DNA from: an uncultured Muribaculaceae bacterium
GTDB lineage: Bacteria > Bacteroidota > Bacteroidia > Bacteroidales > Muribaculaceae
Assembly: GCA_947628305.1 (NCBI GenBank)
Contig: CANQZG010000016.1
Span: 304-64,303, forward strand
Length of the DNA: 64,000 nucleotides
Direction: 5' to 3'
Positions 42,825-52,349 of the stretch are shown piece by piece; within the stretch, counting starts at the first letter, position 1; each line of letters begins with the position of its first letter. A program made the translations under genes and the position numbers. The notes beneath the pieces are model-generated. The model made no database searches, was not told the origin of the DNA, and saw nothing but the letters and a program-made list of their open reading frames with translations.

Positions 42825-44177
42825 TTACTTTTGGGGCGCGGTACATTGATAGAAAAGAATGTTGGCGCGACGCGTGCTCGAGGACCCGTCACGTGAGGCT
42901 ATGCCGAGGTAGATTCCTTGGTCGCTGACTTTGATGCCTTCAGGCTCGCACCATCCGGTGGTTGTCAATCCCAACTCTTTCCATTTGTCGGTTTCAGCCA
43001 CAGCTTTCACCTCGGTACGAGGCACACAGATGTTACCTGAATAGTCCAATACAGTGACATAGGCCTTGCATGTGAAGTTGTCAGTGCCCGGGAGGGTGAT
43101 GGCATTTCCTTCGTAGAAATAGATATAGTCCCCGTGAATGGCTGTACCCTGGTGATTGTAGGTGTATATATCCGTCGCCTGGTCGCCACCCCCGGCAATG
43201 GTGAAATGTCCGAGAACCTTGCAATCGTTCAGGTCATAACCTTTTACGACCCTTTCGGTCACGACTCCCTCGACGTTGGTCGATACGGTCATATCTTTCT
43301 CAGGCAATGCGAGCACTTCATCAAGGTCAAACACCCAGAAACATCTCACTCCTTTGCGAGAGCCAATGAATAACCGACGGTTCTCAAAGTCAATTGACAC
43401 CTGTTGGTCATATTCACCGTTCTTGTTCAGGAAGAATGTTTTGCCGGCACAGTTTTCATGCACAGCCCCGGGCTGGAACTCCACGCGGCTGATTGACATG
43501 TTTTCACCGTATTCCCCGCTCGTGGCCATGTTCCCGTTGCTGTTCATCCAGATATAGGTTTTGCCGTCTTCGGCCTCCTCGGCTACAATCTGGGTGCCGT
43601 GACCGAAATAGCGGCAGTCCATGTAGTAGGTCTCGGCCGATTGTCCCGGTGAGCCGGCGCGTGAGACGTAGGTCGAGGTTCCCGCGCCTGCGCTGATTTG
43701 GGAATAATACATTACGCCCGATTTTGAAATGTCAAATCCCTGCATGATGCGTTTGTTGGCCGGTAGGAGCACATCGCGGCTGTATATCAGGTTTTCCAGG
43801 TCGGTGTTCATCAGTGACGATGACACGTCCATGGGCTGTGAGGAAATCAGCGTGACGGTGCATGTGCAGAAATAGCTGCCGGCACGGGCGGTGACAACCG
43901 CGCTTCCGCGGTTGTCGTTTGCCGTGATTACACCCCTGTCATCGACACTCACGATTGATGCGTCGCTTGATGTCCATTTAATGTCGATTGCCGCATCGGC
44001 GGGACGGGGGATGGCCTGTAGTTGGAATGTCTCTCCTTGTGCGAGCATGAGGGCGACCTTGTTCATTTTCAGTCCGCTCATCGGTTCCGGCTTGCTGTCG
44101 TCGGAGCAAGAACCGAAAGCCAATGTCGCAATGAGAAGCGATAGATATAGAAAAATCTGTTTTTTCATGTCGTTCAT
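42825..44177 (-). CDS. Surface lipoprotein: Big_2 Ig-like domain plus a C-terminal beta-propeller-like domain (helveticin-J/TagC-like impression)
   Basis: Lipobox LAFGSCSDD. Big_2 region (KWTSSDASIVSVDDRGVITANDNRGSAVVTARAG). C-terminal motifs MQGFDISKSGVMYYSQ and CEPEGIKVSDQGIYLG resemble helveticin-J-type propellers; this is unverified. The start may be at 44177 or 44168. Confidence 0.5.
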   Translation of the reverse strand: MNDMKKQIFLYLSLLIATLAFGSCSDDSKPEPMSGLKMNKVALMLAQGETFQLQAIPRPADAAIDIKWTSSDASIVSVDDRGVITANDNRGSAVVTARAGSYFCTCTVTLISSQPMDVSSSLMNTDLENLIYSRDVLLPANKRIMQGFDISKSGVMYYSQISAGAGTSTYVSRAGSPGQSAETYYMDCRYFGHGTQIVAEEAEDGKTYIWMNSNGNMATSGEYGENMSISRVEFQPGAVHENCAGKTFFLNKNGEYDQQVSIDFENRRLFIGSRKGVRCFWVFDLDEVLALPEKDMTVSTNVEGVVTERVVKGYDLNDCKVLGHFTIAGGGDQATDIYTYNHQGTAIHGDYIYFYEGNAITLPGTDNFTCKAYVTVLDYSGNICVPRTEVKAVAETDKWKELGLTTTGWCEPEGIKVSDQGIYLGIASRDGSSSTRRANILFYQCTAPQK

Positions 44178-44411
44178 TGTGTTGATGGTGAAAGTTTAGA
44201 GGTTGTTTAAAAATCACGGTTAATTGGCAACCGGGTGTTTTGAGATGGATTTCGCTTGGAGTTGAAGGAGCATAGCGGGCTATGTGACTGAAACTACGGG
44301 CGAAAGACGCTCAAAAGACCCTGGAATTATATCAACGGTTATCAATAGACATCCTCATTTTAATATTACATATCATCATGATGTCTCTTTTGTTAAATCA
44401 CAGTTGCCAGT

Positions 44412-44437
44412 CGGTCACGATGCCCGCATCGCTCCCT
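44412..44437 (-). repeat. 26-nt conserved motif, copy 2 (reads AGGGAGCGATGCGGGCATCGTGACCG on the - strand)
   Basis: Exact reverse complement of 11933-11958. It lies in the 328-nt gap between the BACON and Big_2 genes. Confidence 0.9.
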
Positions 44438-44505
44438 CCTGTCAATCTGCAATTTACCTAAAAGATTCATCATTGCCAATTTAACATTGATTATTAAACA
44501 TCCTC

Positions 44506-45822
44506 TTATTCTACTAACGAGATTGTTATGGTGCCTTTCAGTCGGGACGAGCCACCACCTTTATTGGTGATTGTATTGTCGAGAGTCACCCTGACGTTGG
44601 CACATACCCTGAACCTGATGAAAAGTGTCCCGTTGTTAATCGGGTGGTTCACGGTGAACGTGTTGCTGAAATTGCCGGTCTTGTCGCCTATGGTGGTAGT
44701 GCCGTCTACAGCACGTAGATGGTAATCGAATGTCTTGTTGTTGAATGTGCCTGATTGTGCACCATCGGCCTGATGCCATGATACTCCGTCAACAGAATAT
44801 TCAATCATGTAGAATGCCGCTGCCGAGCCGGACCCTCCTATACTGCCTTTGAAATTAATCTGTTGCCCTGCGGCTAATCGGGAGACAGGCACGGTGAACA
44901 AGAAATAATCATCGAGGTACAGTCCTTTCAGATATAGATGCCCGTCATTGAAATTCCAAAGGCTTAACGATGCCGCGGTCTTGCCTTCGGCCTCGATAAC
45001 CGAGATTGTCCCGTTGCCTATGTCGGAGGTGCAATAGTGTTCGTCACCGACCCATTCGGGATGTAGCGCACGTAATGCGTCACGGTCAGCGGCAGTGCCT
45101 TTGGTCGGCATGAAATTCCATTGTACAGGGAAGTCTTCGACCGGGATTTCATCAGCCTTGAGGACAGTGTGGGTTATAGTGCCCACTTCAATATTATTGA
45201 TATATAGCGTAATGGCTATCTCCCCTGCGCCTGAAGGTGTACCGATGACGTTTACGGTAAACCGTCCCTCTCCTTTGTCAAGGTCGACTTTGGCGGGGAC
45301 TACATCGATGCCGGTTACATCGCCTCTTATTTCACCTCTGACATCTATCGTCTCGTCTCCGAAACTGCGGGAGTATTTCACCGAAATCTGTGCGTCAGAT
45401 TCCACACCTTCCTTGATTACGCCGTATACAGTGAAATCGGAGTATCGTATGAATCCTTCCCCCTGGCTGACGGTGATTGGGAAACGTTTCCCGTCACATT
45501 CCAGGAATATGGTGGCTTCGCGTTGGTCTCCACGGTTATTGGCGGCGATGATGTCAATCCACGAGAAAGAGCCGTCGCCTACGCCTTCAGAGGGGGACAC
45601 CGAGACCCATTCCGCGCCTTCAGGAATCACGGAGTGCCACGCTCCGTTGCATCTAAGGGTTATGCTCTTGCTCGACTCAAGGTTGCCCGAGAAGTCGACC
45701 TCATCGGTCTCGCGCACGAGGGGGGATTCCATCCCGTCATCGGAACTGCATCCCTGTAATGTCGTAGACAGTACGGCGGTCAAGGCCAGGAATCCTGTCA
45801 GGTATCTTGATATAGTTTTCAT
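44506..45822 (-). CDS. BACON-domain surface lipoprotein
   Basis: From ATG 45822 (MKTISRYLTGFLALTAVLSTTLQGCSSDD). BACON-like region SITLRCNGAWHSVIPEGAEWVSVSPSEGVGDGSFSWIDIIAANNRGDQREATIFL. Confidence 0.65.
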   Translation of the reverse strand: MKTISRYLTGFLALTAVLSTTLQGCSSDDGMESPLVRETDEVDFSGNLESSKSITLRCNGAWHSVIPEGAEWVSVSPSEGVGDGSFSWIDIIAANNRGDQREATIFLECDGKRFPITVSQGEGFIRYSDFTVYGVIKEGVESDAQISVKYSRSFGDETIDVRGEIRGDVTGIDVVPAKVDLDKGEGRFTVNVIGTPSGAGEIAITLYINNIEVGTITHTVLKADEIPVEDFPVQWNFMPTKGTAADRDALRALHPEWVGDEHYCTSDIGNGTISVIEAEGKTAASLSLWNFNDGHLYLKGLYLDDYFLFTVPVSRLAAGQQINFKGSIGGSGSAAAFYMIEYSVDGVSWHQADGAQSGTFNNKTFDYHLRAVDGTTTIGDKTGNFSNTFTVNHPINNGTLFIRFRVCANVRVTLDNTITNKGGGSSRLKGTITISLVE

Positions 45823-45842
45823 ATCTGTTGATTTACGTTGTA

Positions 45843-47624
45843 TTATTTGCCCCATCCGGGATTTTGTCCGAGGTTGGGATTGTCGGTTATTGCTTTGGTG
45901 GGTATGGGACGGACATATTTTTTATCATCCCATTTACGCTCGATGCTTCTGTAGGAGACGAGATTGCCGCTCGTGCCATCGGTCAATTGAAAATCAGAGC
46001 CGATTATGCGGTATTGCACTCCCTTGGTGGTGCTCGACGGTTGTTTCTCAACAAAGCATACATCGGGCGTGCCGTCGCCGTCGAGGTCATAGTTGACATT
46101 CATCGCCGGGACATATATCCCGTGCCATTCACGTTCGAGGAGACGGCCCATGCGCCAACGCATGCAGTCGGCCCAGCGCAGGTTCTCCATGAACAGTTCG
46201 ATGCCGCGTTCTCGGCGTATCTCAAGGATTACCTTGTCAGAGACGGTGTTGAGGAAATATCCGGCCATATAGGGGTCGGTTGTCGCGGGCATAGTGCCAA
46301 CGACCCCAGCGCGTTCGCGGAGCGGTTTGATTGTCTGATTCCATATCCCTTCGGTGAACTCTCCCAATTCAGCCTTGGCTTCGGCGTAGGATAACAACAC
46401 TTCAGCGTATCGTATGATGGGGATTGAATTGTTACACGGAGATACACTTTGGTCGAGGCTCATGTCATCGATTACCCACTTGATAGGCTGATAGCCGGTT
46501 GATGAATAGTTGAAGTTGGGTGGCTGTGGGAGGTCGCTTCCGTTGCTTTTGCGTGTGTACCCGGGATGGCGTAATGACTGTGCCATGCGTGCGTCCCTGT
46601 CGGTGAATTCTTCATTGAACGGAATCTTTTCATATCCCGGTTTGTCGGTGAAACGGGTCCCATCGGTGTTCAGATAGGTATTCACAAATTCCTTTACCGC
46701 GGCAAAGCTGCCGTTCTGTTGTACGATGAACTGTGAATTAAGATGGTGTGTCACATTGAGGGACGCGTTGTAGGCGCGAGCCCAGATACATTCATTGGTG
46801 TTGATTGCTTCAGTGGTGAACAGTTCGCGGTATTGTGTCTTGACCTGTGCCGCGTTGTTGACGATTGAATATCGGCCGCTCTGAATCAGTTTCTCGCATG
46901 CGTCGGCACATTCGCGCAGATACATCGCTGATTCATCGGCAGTCCATGGCGTGCCGGTCGAGGGGTCGTTGGCATGATATTTTCTAAATGTCCCTTCAAA
47001 TAGACATATCCGGGCCTTGAGAGCCAGTGCCACATACTTGGTGACACGGACAGAGTTGACTTCCATCTCCTTTGAGGTGATGCAATTTTTGGAGGCGAAA
47101 TCAATATCCTCCAAGATTTTGCGCATTACATCCTCGCGGTTGTCACGGCTCTTGAAAAGATTGCCGTTATCCTCGCTGTCAATCACGTGCTCATACCAGG
47201 GCACCGCTCCGAACTGTTTCACCATATTGAAGTAGAACCAGGCCCGCCAGAAACGGCCTACGCCCACATAGTGATTTTTGATGGCTTCGGAGCAGTCGGC
47301 ACGTTCCATGTTGTCGAGGTAATAGTTGATGTTACGCAGGTTAGTCCATGTCCAGCCCCCTTGGTCGTCGGCATTGAAATTGTCCTGAAGATAGTTCCAT
47401 GGGCCGCGCCAACTGAGATAGTCGGTGTGCTGGTCTCCTGTCGCGATGGCCTCGGCGTCGGGGAGCATTCGCTGCAGGAAGCCGTTGGCGTAGGTCTCAA
47501 GGTCGGTCTCGTTGCGGAAATAGCTTGGCGCGTCAACCTTGTTGGGGTCTTCCTTGGTCAGGAAGTCCTCGCATGAGGTCAGGCACATCGCGCCGATTGT
47601 TGCTAAAATTATATATCTTTTCAT
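45843..47624 (-). CDS. SusD/RagB-family nutrient-binding lipoprotein
   Basis: 593 aa. Lipobox CLTSCEDFL, WFYFNMVKQFGAVPW and LLSYAEAKAELGE (TPR-like SusD features). Immediately downstream of SusC. Confidence 0.9.
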   Translation of the reverse strand: MKRYIILATIGAMCLTSCEDFLTKEDPNKVDAPSYFRNETDLETYANGFLQRMLPDAEAIATGDQHTDYLSWRGPWNYLQDNFNADDQGGWTWTNLRNINYYLDNMERADCSEAIKNHYVGVGRFWRAWFYFNMVKQFGAVPWYEHVIDSEDNGNLFKSRDNREDVMRKILEDIDFASKNCITSKEMEVNSVRVTKYVALALKARICLFEGTFRKYHANDPSTGTPWTADESAMYLRECADACEKLIQSGRYSIVNNAAQVKTQYRELFTTEAINTNECIWARAYNASLNVTHHLNSQFIVQQNGSFAAVKEFVNTYLNTDGTRFTDKPGYEKIPFNEEFTDRDARMAQSLRHPGYTRKSNGSDLPQPPNFNYSSTGYQPIKWVIDDMSLDQSVSPCNNSIPIIRYAEVLLSYAEAKAELGEFTEGIWNQTIKPLRERAGVVGTMPATTDPYMAGYFLNTVSDKVILEIRRERGIELFMENLRWADCMRWRMGRLLEREWHGIYVPAMNVNYDLDGDGTPDVCFVEKQPSSTTKGVQYRIIGSDFQLTDGTSGNLVSYRSIERKWDDKKYVRPIPTKAITDNPNLGQNPGWGK

Positions 47625-47641
47625 CGTTTTTATCTTTTGGG

Positions 47642-50600
47642 TTAGAATGAGAAGTTCAGGCCGAGGGTAAACACGCGTTGCATCGGGTAGGAATATCCGT
47701 CACCCTCGTCTCGGAAATCGCTGTCACCCGATGTAATGACCTCGGGGTCGTAGTTGGGGGCGTGGGTGTGAAGCGGGGTCCATGTTAACAGATTTTCGCC
47801 TGTGAACCACAGCTTCAGGTCTCGGATGCGCATTGCCTTGCATATTTTCTCGGGGAAGGCATATTCCACTGTGAGGGTCTTGAGTCGCAGATAAGACGCG
47901 TTTTGTAGGAATCGGTCGTTGGCGTTGCGTAGGGTGCGTGTGTCACTGTCGGCATTAGCTTGATAGGCAGTGTATTTAGGCCAGTAGGCGGTGTCCCAGT
48001 TGTCAAGTTCCTTTCGGTAAACATCATCGCCGGTGTGGATGTTGAGCATATATCCTTGCGGGCGGTTGTATTGCCCCCAGAAATAGCCTGAATCATAACG
48101 GGGATACCAGTCACGCTTGCCCACGCCCTGAAAAAATGCTGAGATTCCGATGCCGTTCCAGTTTGCTCCGAGGTTGAAACCGTACATGTAACGTGGCGAT
48201 TCGTTGCCTATGATAGTGCGGTCGCCCGGGTTGTCAAGGGTGCCTTCCCCGAAATCAATCACTCCGTCTTGGTTTAGGTCAGCGAACTTCAATGCACCCG
48301 GGCGTGATATTTTGTCGGATGATGACAGGAACGTCTGCACTGCATGTGAGTCGATGTCTTCCTGGTCACGGAAAAGTCCCTCCACGCGGAATCCCCATAT
48401 CTCGCCAATCTCCTTGCCGACGTAATGGTCCGACAGGTTGCCGTTGGGGTTGATGTATTTGGTCACTACAGTCCTGGCGTCCCACACCATTGCCTTGACG
48501 TTGTAGCTGAACGGCTTGCCTAAAAGACGGAAGCTGTCTTTCCACGACAGGGACAGTTCCCAGCCGTCGGTGCGCATCGATGCGTTGTTCCCTTTGGGGG
48601 CGGAGGTGCCGTATACGTCAGGCAGACTCACGCCGACGGTGTACATGTCGGTGGTGTTACGGCGATACCAGTCGAAGCCGAGTCCGAGACGGCTGTTCAA
48701 TACGTCCATGTCGAGTCCGATGTCGTAGGTGGTGGCTTTCTCCCATGTCAGTGACAGGGGAATCGCCCCGGGTGCGGTAGTGTAGGAGCCTAACGCGTCG
48801 CCTATAAGGACTGAAGTCGTGGAAATCTTCATATAATCGATATACTTGTAGGGGTCGATGTTACCGTTGCCCATCGAGCCGGCCGAGACACGCAGTTTCA
48901 GGTTGTCGAGCCATCCACGGGTGCCATCCATGAATTTTTCCTCATTGACGCGCCAGCCTAACGAGGCCGATGGGAAGAACCCCCATTTTGAATTTTCGGG
49001 GAATTTGGACGAACCGTCATAGCGTCCCGACACCTCGGCAAGGTAACGGTCGCGGAAACTATAGTTGACACGGAAGAACGCTCCGGCGTAACTCCAGTCA
49101 TTGCCTCCCGCCTTTGGGTCGGTCGTCACGCCGTCCATCAGTCCGAACGACGGTTTTTCGGGAATTGTCAACCCCTCGCGCTTGATTGTCTGATTGCGGT
49201 ATTTACGTGATTCGACATTCCAGCCACCGAGAAGCGTCAGTGAGTTTCCGCCACGCAATTTCGGTGAGAAACGGGCGTATATGTTGGTTGACCAATAATC
49301 AGTGTCGCCTCGGTAATTCTCGAGTGTGCTGCCTTGGCTCTCGTTCACCCTTATAGGGGTGGTGGGACCCCGGTAACCGGTGTACATGTTGGTCACGCGG
49401 TCGCGGTTAGTGCGGATGAATCGATAGGAGGCGTCGCCCGATAATTGCAGTACGTCCTTGATGATGTCGATTTCGACATTGAATTTTTCGGTGAATGCGG
49501 TCTTCTTCTCCTGTTGATAGCTTGTACCCTCGGCAAAACCCGCGAACCCGCTCTCGACGGCCGCACTACTCCATTGTCCGTTGGGGGTATATATAGTACT
49601 CAACGGTTGACATTTATGTTCCATCATGCGTTGTGGCAACTGAAGCGAGTAATAAAGCATCGGTTGATGGTAATCGGAGACATGCAGGTCCATGTTGTTG
49701 CCGATTCTCAGCCACGGTTTGACCTGGAGATTGCCCTTGGCGCGTATGTTATATTGCTTGAAATTCTCATTACCGACCTTATAGATGCCATCCTGACTGT
49801 AATATCGGCCTGACACATAGTAATTGGACTTGGCTGTGCCGCCCGAGATGCTTAGGTTATGCTCGGTGGAATAGTTGTGGTCTTTGAACCACTCGTCGTG
49901 CCAGTCGGTGTTACCGAAGTATTCATACAGGCCATTGTCGTTCACCCTTATCTTTTCCAGGGAAGGGTCTTTGTCCCTTCGGGCCAGTTCATTGACCCAG
50001 TCCATTGAAAACGGAATGGTGTTGTTGATTGTGGTGTTATAGGGGTTCTGTCCATTATAATAGTTGTCCCATGCATCCATGTAGCCTTTAGTCCATTGAT
50101 AGCCGTTGGTGACGAGGTCGGGTTTGACTGTACGCTGGCGCAGAGAGACGCTTCCGCTGTAGTTGACCTTGGCATCCCCTTTGTGGGCGTCCTTGGTCGT
50201 GATGAGAATCACGCCGAACGCCCCGCGTGCCCCGTATATGGCTGTCGATGAGGCATCCTTGAGCACTGATACGTTGGCGACATCCTGGGGGTTAATCATG
50301 TTCATGTCGCCCTCGACACCGTCGATTAGTATCAACGCTTTCCCGCCTGAACCGATAGAGCCGGTGCCACGGACGTTGACCGAGCCGTTGTGTGTCGGCT
50401 TGCCGTCAACCATGGTGATGTTAAGGTTGGGAATCGCCCCTTGCAGCGCACGCGTCACAGAGGTGTTGGAACGTTCCGACAGCACTTCGGAACCTACCTG
50501 GTCGACCGAGCCTATGAGATTGCGCTTTTTCATGGTGCCGTATCCCACTACGACCACCTCGTCGAGGTCGGTGGTGGCTTGGCGTAGTGTGATTTTCAGG

Positions 50601-50950
50601 TTGCGGTTGTCAGGGGTGACCTCCACTGTCTGTGACTCACAGCCGATATAACTGACCGTGAGCCGGCATGTCGCCGGGGCTTTTAGTGAAAAGTGCCCGT
50701 CGATGTCGGTCGAAGCACCGATACCGGTGCCTTTGACTATCACCGATGCCCCGATGACAGGTTCACCTTCAGTGTCGAGTACAGTTCCGTTGATAATTGC
50801 GTTTGCTTTGCTTTCACTCTGCGTCGCCGGCGTGGCCATGGCGGTCTGTGTCATCCCCAGCGGCGACAGCGACGCTAACGCTAAAATGGCGCAGGCCAAC
50901 TCACGGCGTGAATTGCCATGGTGACGGCTGCGTTTGGTTTTAGGGTTCAT
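47642..50950 (-). CDS. SusC/RagA-family TonB-linked outer membrane transporter
   Basis: 1102 aa. CarboxypepD_reg (INGTVLDTEGEPVIGASVIVKGTGIGASTDIDGHFSL), plug (VVVGYGTMKKRNLIGSV, LQGAIPNL) and a barrel ending FTLGLNFSF. Confidence 0.9.
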   Translation of the reverse strand: MNPKTKRSRHHGNSRRELACAILALASLSPLGMTQTAMATPATQSESKANAIINGTVLDTEGEPVIGASVIVKGTGIGASTDIDGHFSLKAPATCRLTVSYIGCESQTVEVTPDNRNLKITLRQATTDLDEVVVVGYGTMKKRNLIGSVDQVGSEVLSERSNTSVTRALQGAIPNLNITMVDGKPTHNGSVNVRGTGSIGSGGKALILIDGVEGDMNMINPQDVANVSVLKDASSTAIYGARGAFGVILITTKDAHKGDAKVNYSGSVSLRQRTVKPDLVTNGYQWTKGYMDAWDNYYNGQNPYNTTINNTIPFSMDWVNELARRDKDPSLEKIRVNDNGLYEYFGNTDWHDEWFKDHNYSTEHNLSISGGTAKSNYYVSGRYYSQDGIYKVGNENFKQYNIRAKGNLQVKPWLRIGNNMDLHVSDYHQPMLYYSLQLPQRMMEHKCQPLSTIYTPNGQWSSAAVESGFAGFAEGTSYQQEKKTAFTEKFNVEIDIIKDVLQLSGDASYRFIRTNRDRVTNMYTGYRGPTTPIRVNESQGSTLENYRGDTDYWSTNIYARFSPKLRGGNSLTLLGGWNVESRKYRNQTIKREGLTIPEKPSFGLMDGVTTDPKAGGNDWSYAGAFFRVNYSFRDRYLAEVSGRYDGSSKFPENSKWGFFPSASLGWRVNEEKFMDGTRGWLDNLKLRVSAGSMGNGNIDPYKYIDYMKISTTSVLIGDALGSYTTAPGAIPLSLTWEKATTYDIGLDMDVLNSRLGLGFDWYRRNTTDMYTVGVSLPDVYGTSAPKGNNASMRTDGWELSLSWKDSFRLLGKPFSYNVKAMVWDARTVVTKYINPNGNLSDHYVGKEIGEIWGFRVEGLFRDQEDIDSHAVQTFLSSSDKISRPGALKFADLNQDGVIDFGEGTLDNPGDRTIIGNESPRYMYGFNLGANWNGIGISAFFQGVGKRDWYPRYDSGYFWGQYNRPQGYMLNIHTGDDVYRKELDNWDTAYWPKYTAYQANADSDTRTLRNANDRFLQNASYLRLKTLTVEYAFPEKICKAMRIRDLKLWFTGENLLTWTPLHTHAPNYDPEVITSGDSDFRDEGDGYSYPMQRVFTLGLNFSF

Positions 50951-50999
50951 AAGTTATGGTTTAAGGTTAAAGAATTTTCAAAAAAGAATGTGTTGACGC

Positions 51000-52349
51000 T
51001 CAGTCGTCATAGCCGTTGGCTTTCGCTTTCCACGCCAGGGCGAAGATGGCTGTGCCTATAATCGCCATTGCGATGAGTGTGGCGAGTGTGACACCCCAGC
51101 CGGTGTGCTGCACGAGTAATCCGAGACCCCATCCCGAGACGATGGTGCTTCCGTAGCCGAACAGTCCGCAGAAGCCACCGGCGGTGGCCGCCGCTTTCTT
51201 GGTCGCGATGTTGGCCGCCGCGATTCCCACCAGCGCCTGTGGCCCGTAGATGAAGAACCCTGCGCCCATCAGGATGAGAATGGCGACAATCAACGGTGTG
51301 CCGGGTGTGAGATAGTAGAGGGCGACCATGCACACTGCGGTCATCGCCATGCATATCACGCATGTGCGCGGGGCGCGTCCCCCGAACACCTTGTCGGTCG
51401 CCCATCCGGCGACAAGCATTCCGGCGATTCCGGCGACCTCGAATGCCGCGACACTCCATCCGGCGTTACTTATGTCCATGCCGATGTGCTCCTTGAGCAT
51501 CGTGGGACCCCAGTCGAGCACTGCGAAACGGACGATGTAGACAAAGAAATTACCTACCGCGATTGTCCATATAACCGGGTTCATGAACACCTTGCGGCGC
51601 AGGAACGCTTTCATCTCGGCCTTGTTGTCACCCGATGCGGCTTTCCCCGGTTTACCGGTGTTCAGTTCGGGAAGCCCCACCGATGAGGGGGTGTCCCTCA
51701 TGGTGAACGCGAGGACGATACCGCCGATGATTGCGACAGCCGATGGCAGGAGGAAGCACCAACGCCAGTGCTGCGACAGCATCGTGCCGGAGGTGAAGAT
51801 ATTTCCCCAATGGATGCTGACCGCATATCCGCAGAAAATTATGGCAAGTCCCGCCCCGATGGAATGGGATGTGTTCCACAGTGACATTTTGGTCGCCAGT
51901 CGTTCGGGAACGACCCAATGGGTCATAAGGCGTGTACAAGGGGGTACGCCCATCCCTTGGAACCAGCCGTTGAGTACCCAGAACACGCCGAGGACGATAA
52001 CGGCCGATGAAAGACCGAAGCACAGATTGGTGACGCCGCAGAGAATCAACCCCGCCGGCAGGAAAAGGCGTGCACTCGTGCGGTCGCCGATAATCCCGTT
52101 GACAAATTTTGACAGACCGTAGACAAGGCCGTTAAGGGTCAGGAACAATCCTAAGTCGGTCTTTGAAATCCCCATTTCGGAGTTTAAATAGGGCATGGCG
52201 ATGCTGAGGTTCTTTCGCACGAAGTAGAAAAGAGCATACCCGATTATACACGTCACGATGGTGCGCGTCTCCCAATGCCGGAAACTTTTCACCTGTTCCC
52301 CGGTCATGTTGGCGTATGCCTTGTTGGTGCTTGCAGAGGGCGCGTTCAT
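51000..52349 (-). CDS. MFS organophosphate:phosphate antiporter (GlpT/UhpC family)
   Basis: 449 aa, 12-TM pattern. IGDRTSARLFLPAGLILCGVTNL and WRWCFLLP resemble GlpT. Confidence 0.8.
   Translation of the reverse strand: MNAPSASTNKAYANMTGEQVKSFRHWETRTIVTCIIGYALFYFVRKNLSIAMPYLNSEMGISKTDLGLFLTLNGLVYGLSKFVNGIIGDRTSARLFLPAGLILCGVTNLCFGLSSAVIVLGVFWVLNGWFQGMGVPPCTRLMTHWVVPERLATKMSLWNTSHSIGAGLAIIFCGYAVSIHWGNIFTSGTMLSQHWRWCFLLPSAVAIIGGIVLAFTMRDTPSSVGLPELNTGKPGKAASGDNKAEMKAFLRRKVFMNPVIWTIAVGNFFVYIVRFAVLDWGPTMLKEHIGMDISNAGWSVAAFEVAGIAGMLVAGWATDKVFGGRAPRTCVICMAMTAVCMVALYYLTPGTPLIVAILILMGAGFFIYGPQALVGIAAANIATKKAAATAGGFCGLFGYGSTIVSGWGLGLLVQHTGWGVTLATLIAMAIIGTAIFALAWKAKANGYDD

Noticed and set aside
44220-44487. 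An inverton-like structure: AATTGGCAA (about 44222) and TTGCCAATT (about 44478) flanking the PUL gap
   Set aside because: The inverted repeat is only 9 bp, which has a non-negligible chance of occurring within a 300-bp interval. There is no nearby invertase and no promoter box inside. It is kept only as context for the 26-nt motif.
45095-46096. 333-aa ORF on the + strand
   Set aside because: It runs antisense across the boundary of two well-supported - strand genes (the BACON lipoprotein and SusD). It is rich in Ser, Pro and Arg, has no recognisable domain and no promoter context. This is a typical shadow ORF in GC-rich coding DNA.
51007-52122. 150-179-aa alternative-frame ORFs inside the GlpT-like MFS gene (similar ones lie inside the gpsA-like gene at 53377-54036)
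   Set aside because: They are Arg/Gly/His-rich alternative frames of clear membrane or Rossmann proteins, with no independent support.
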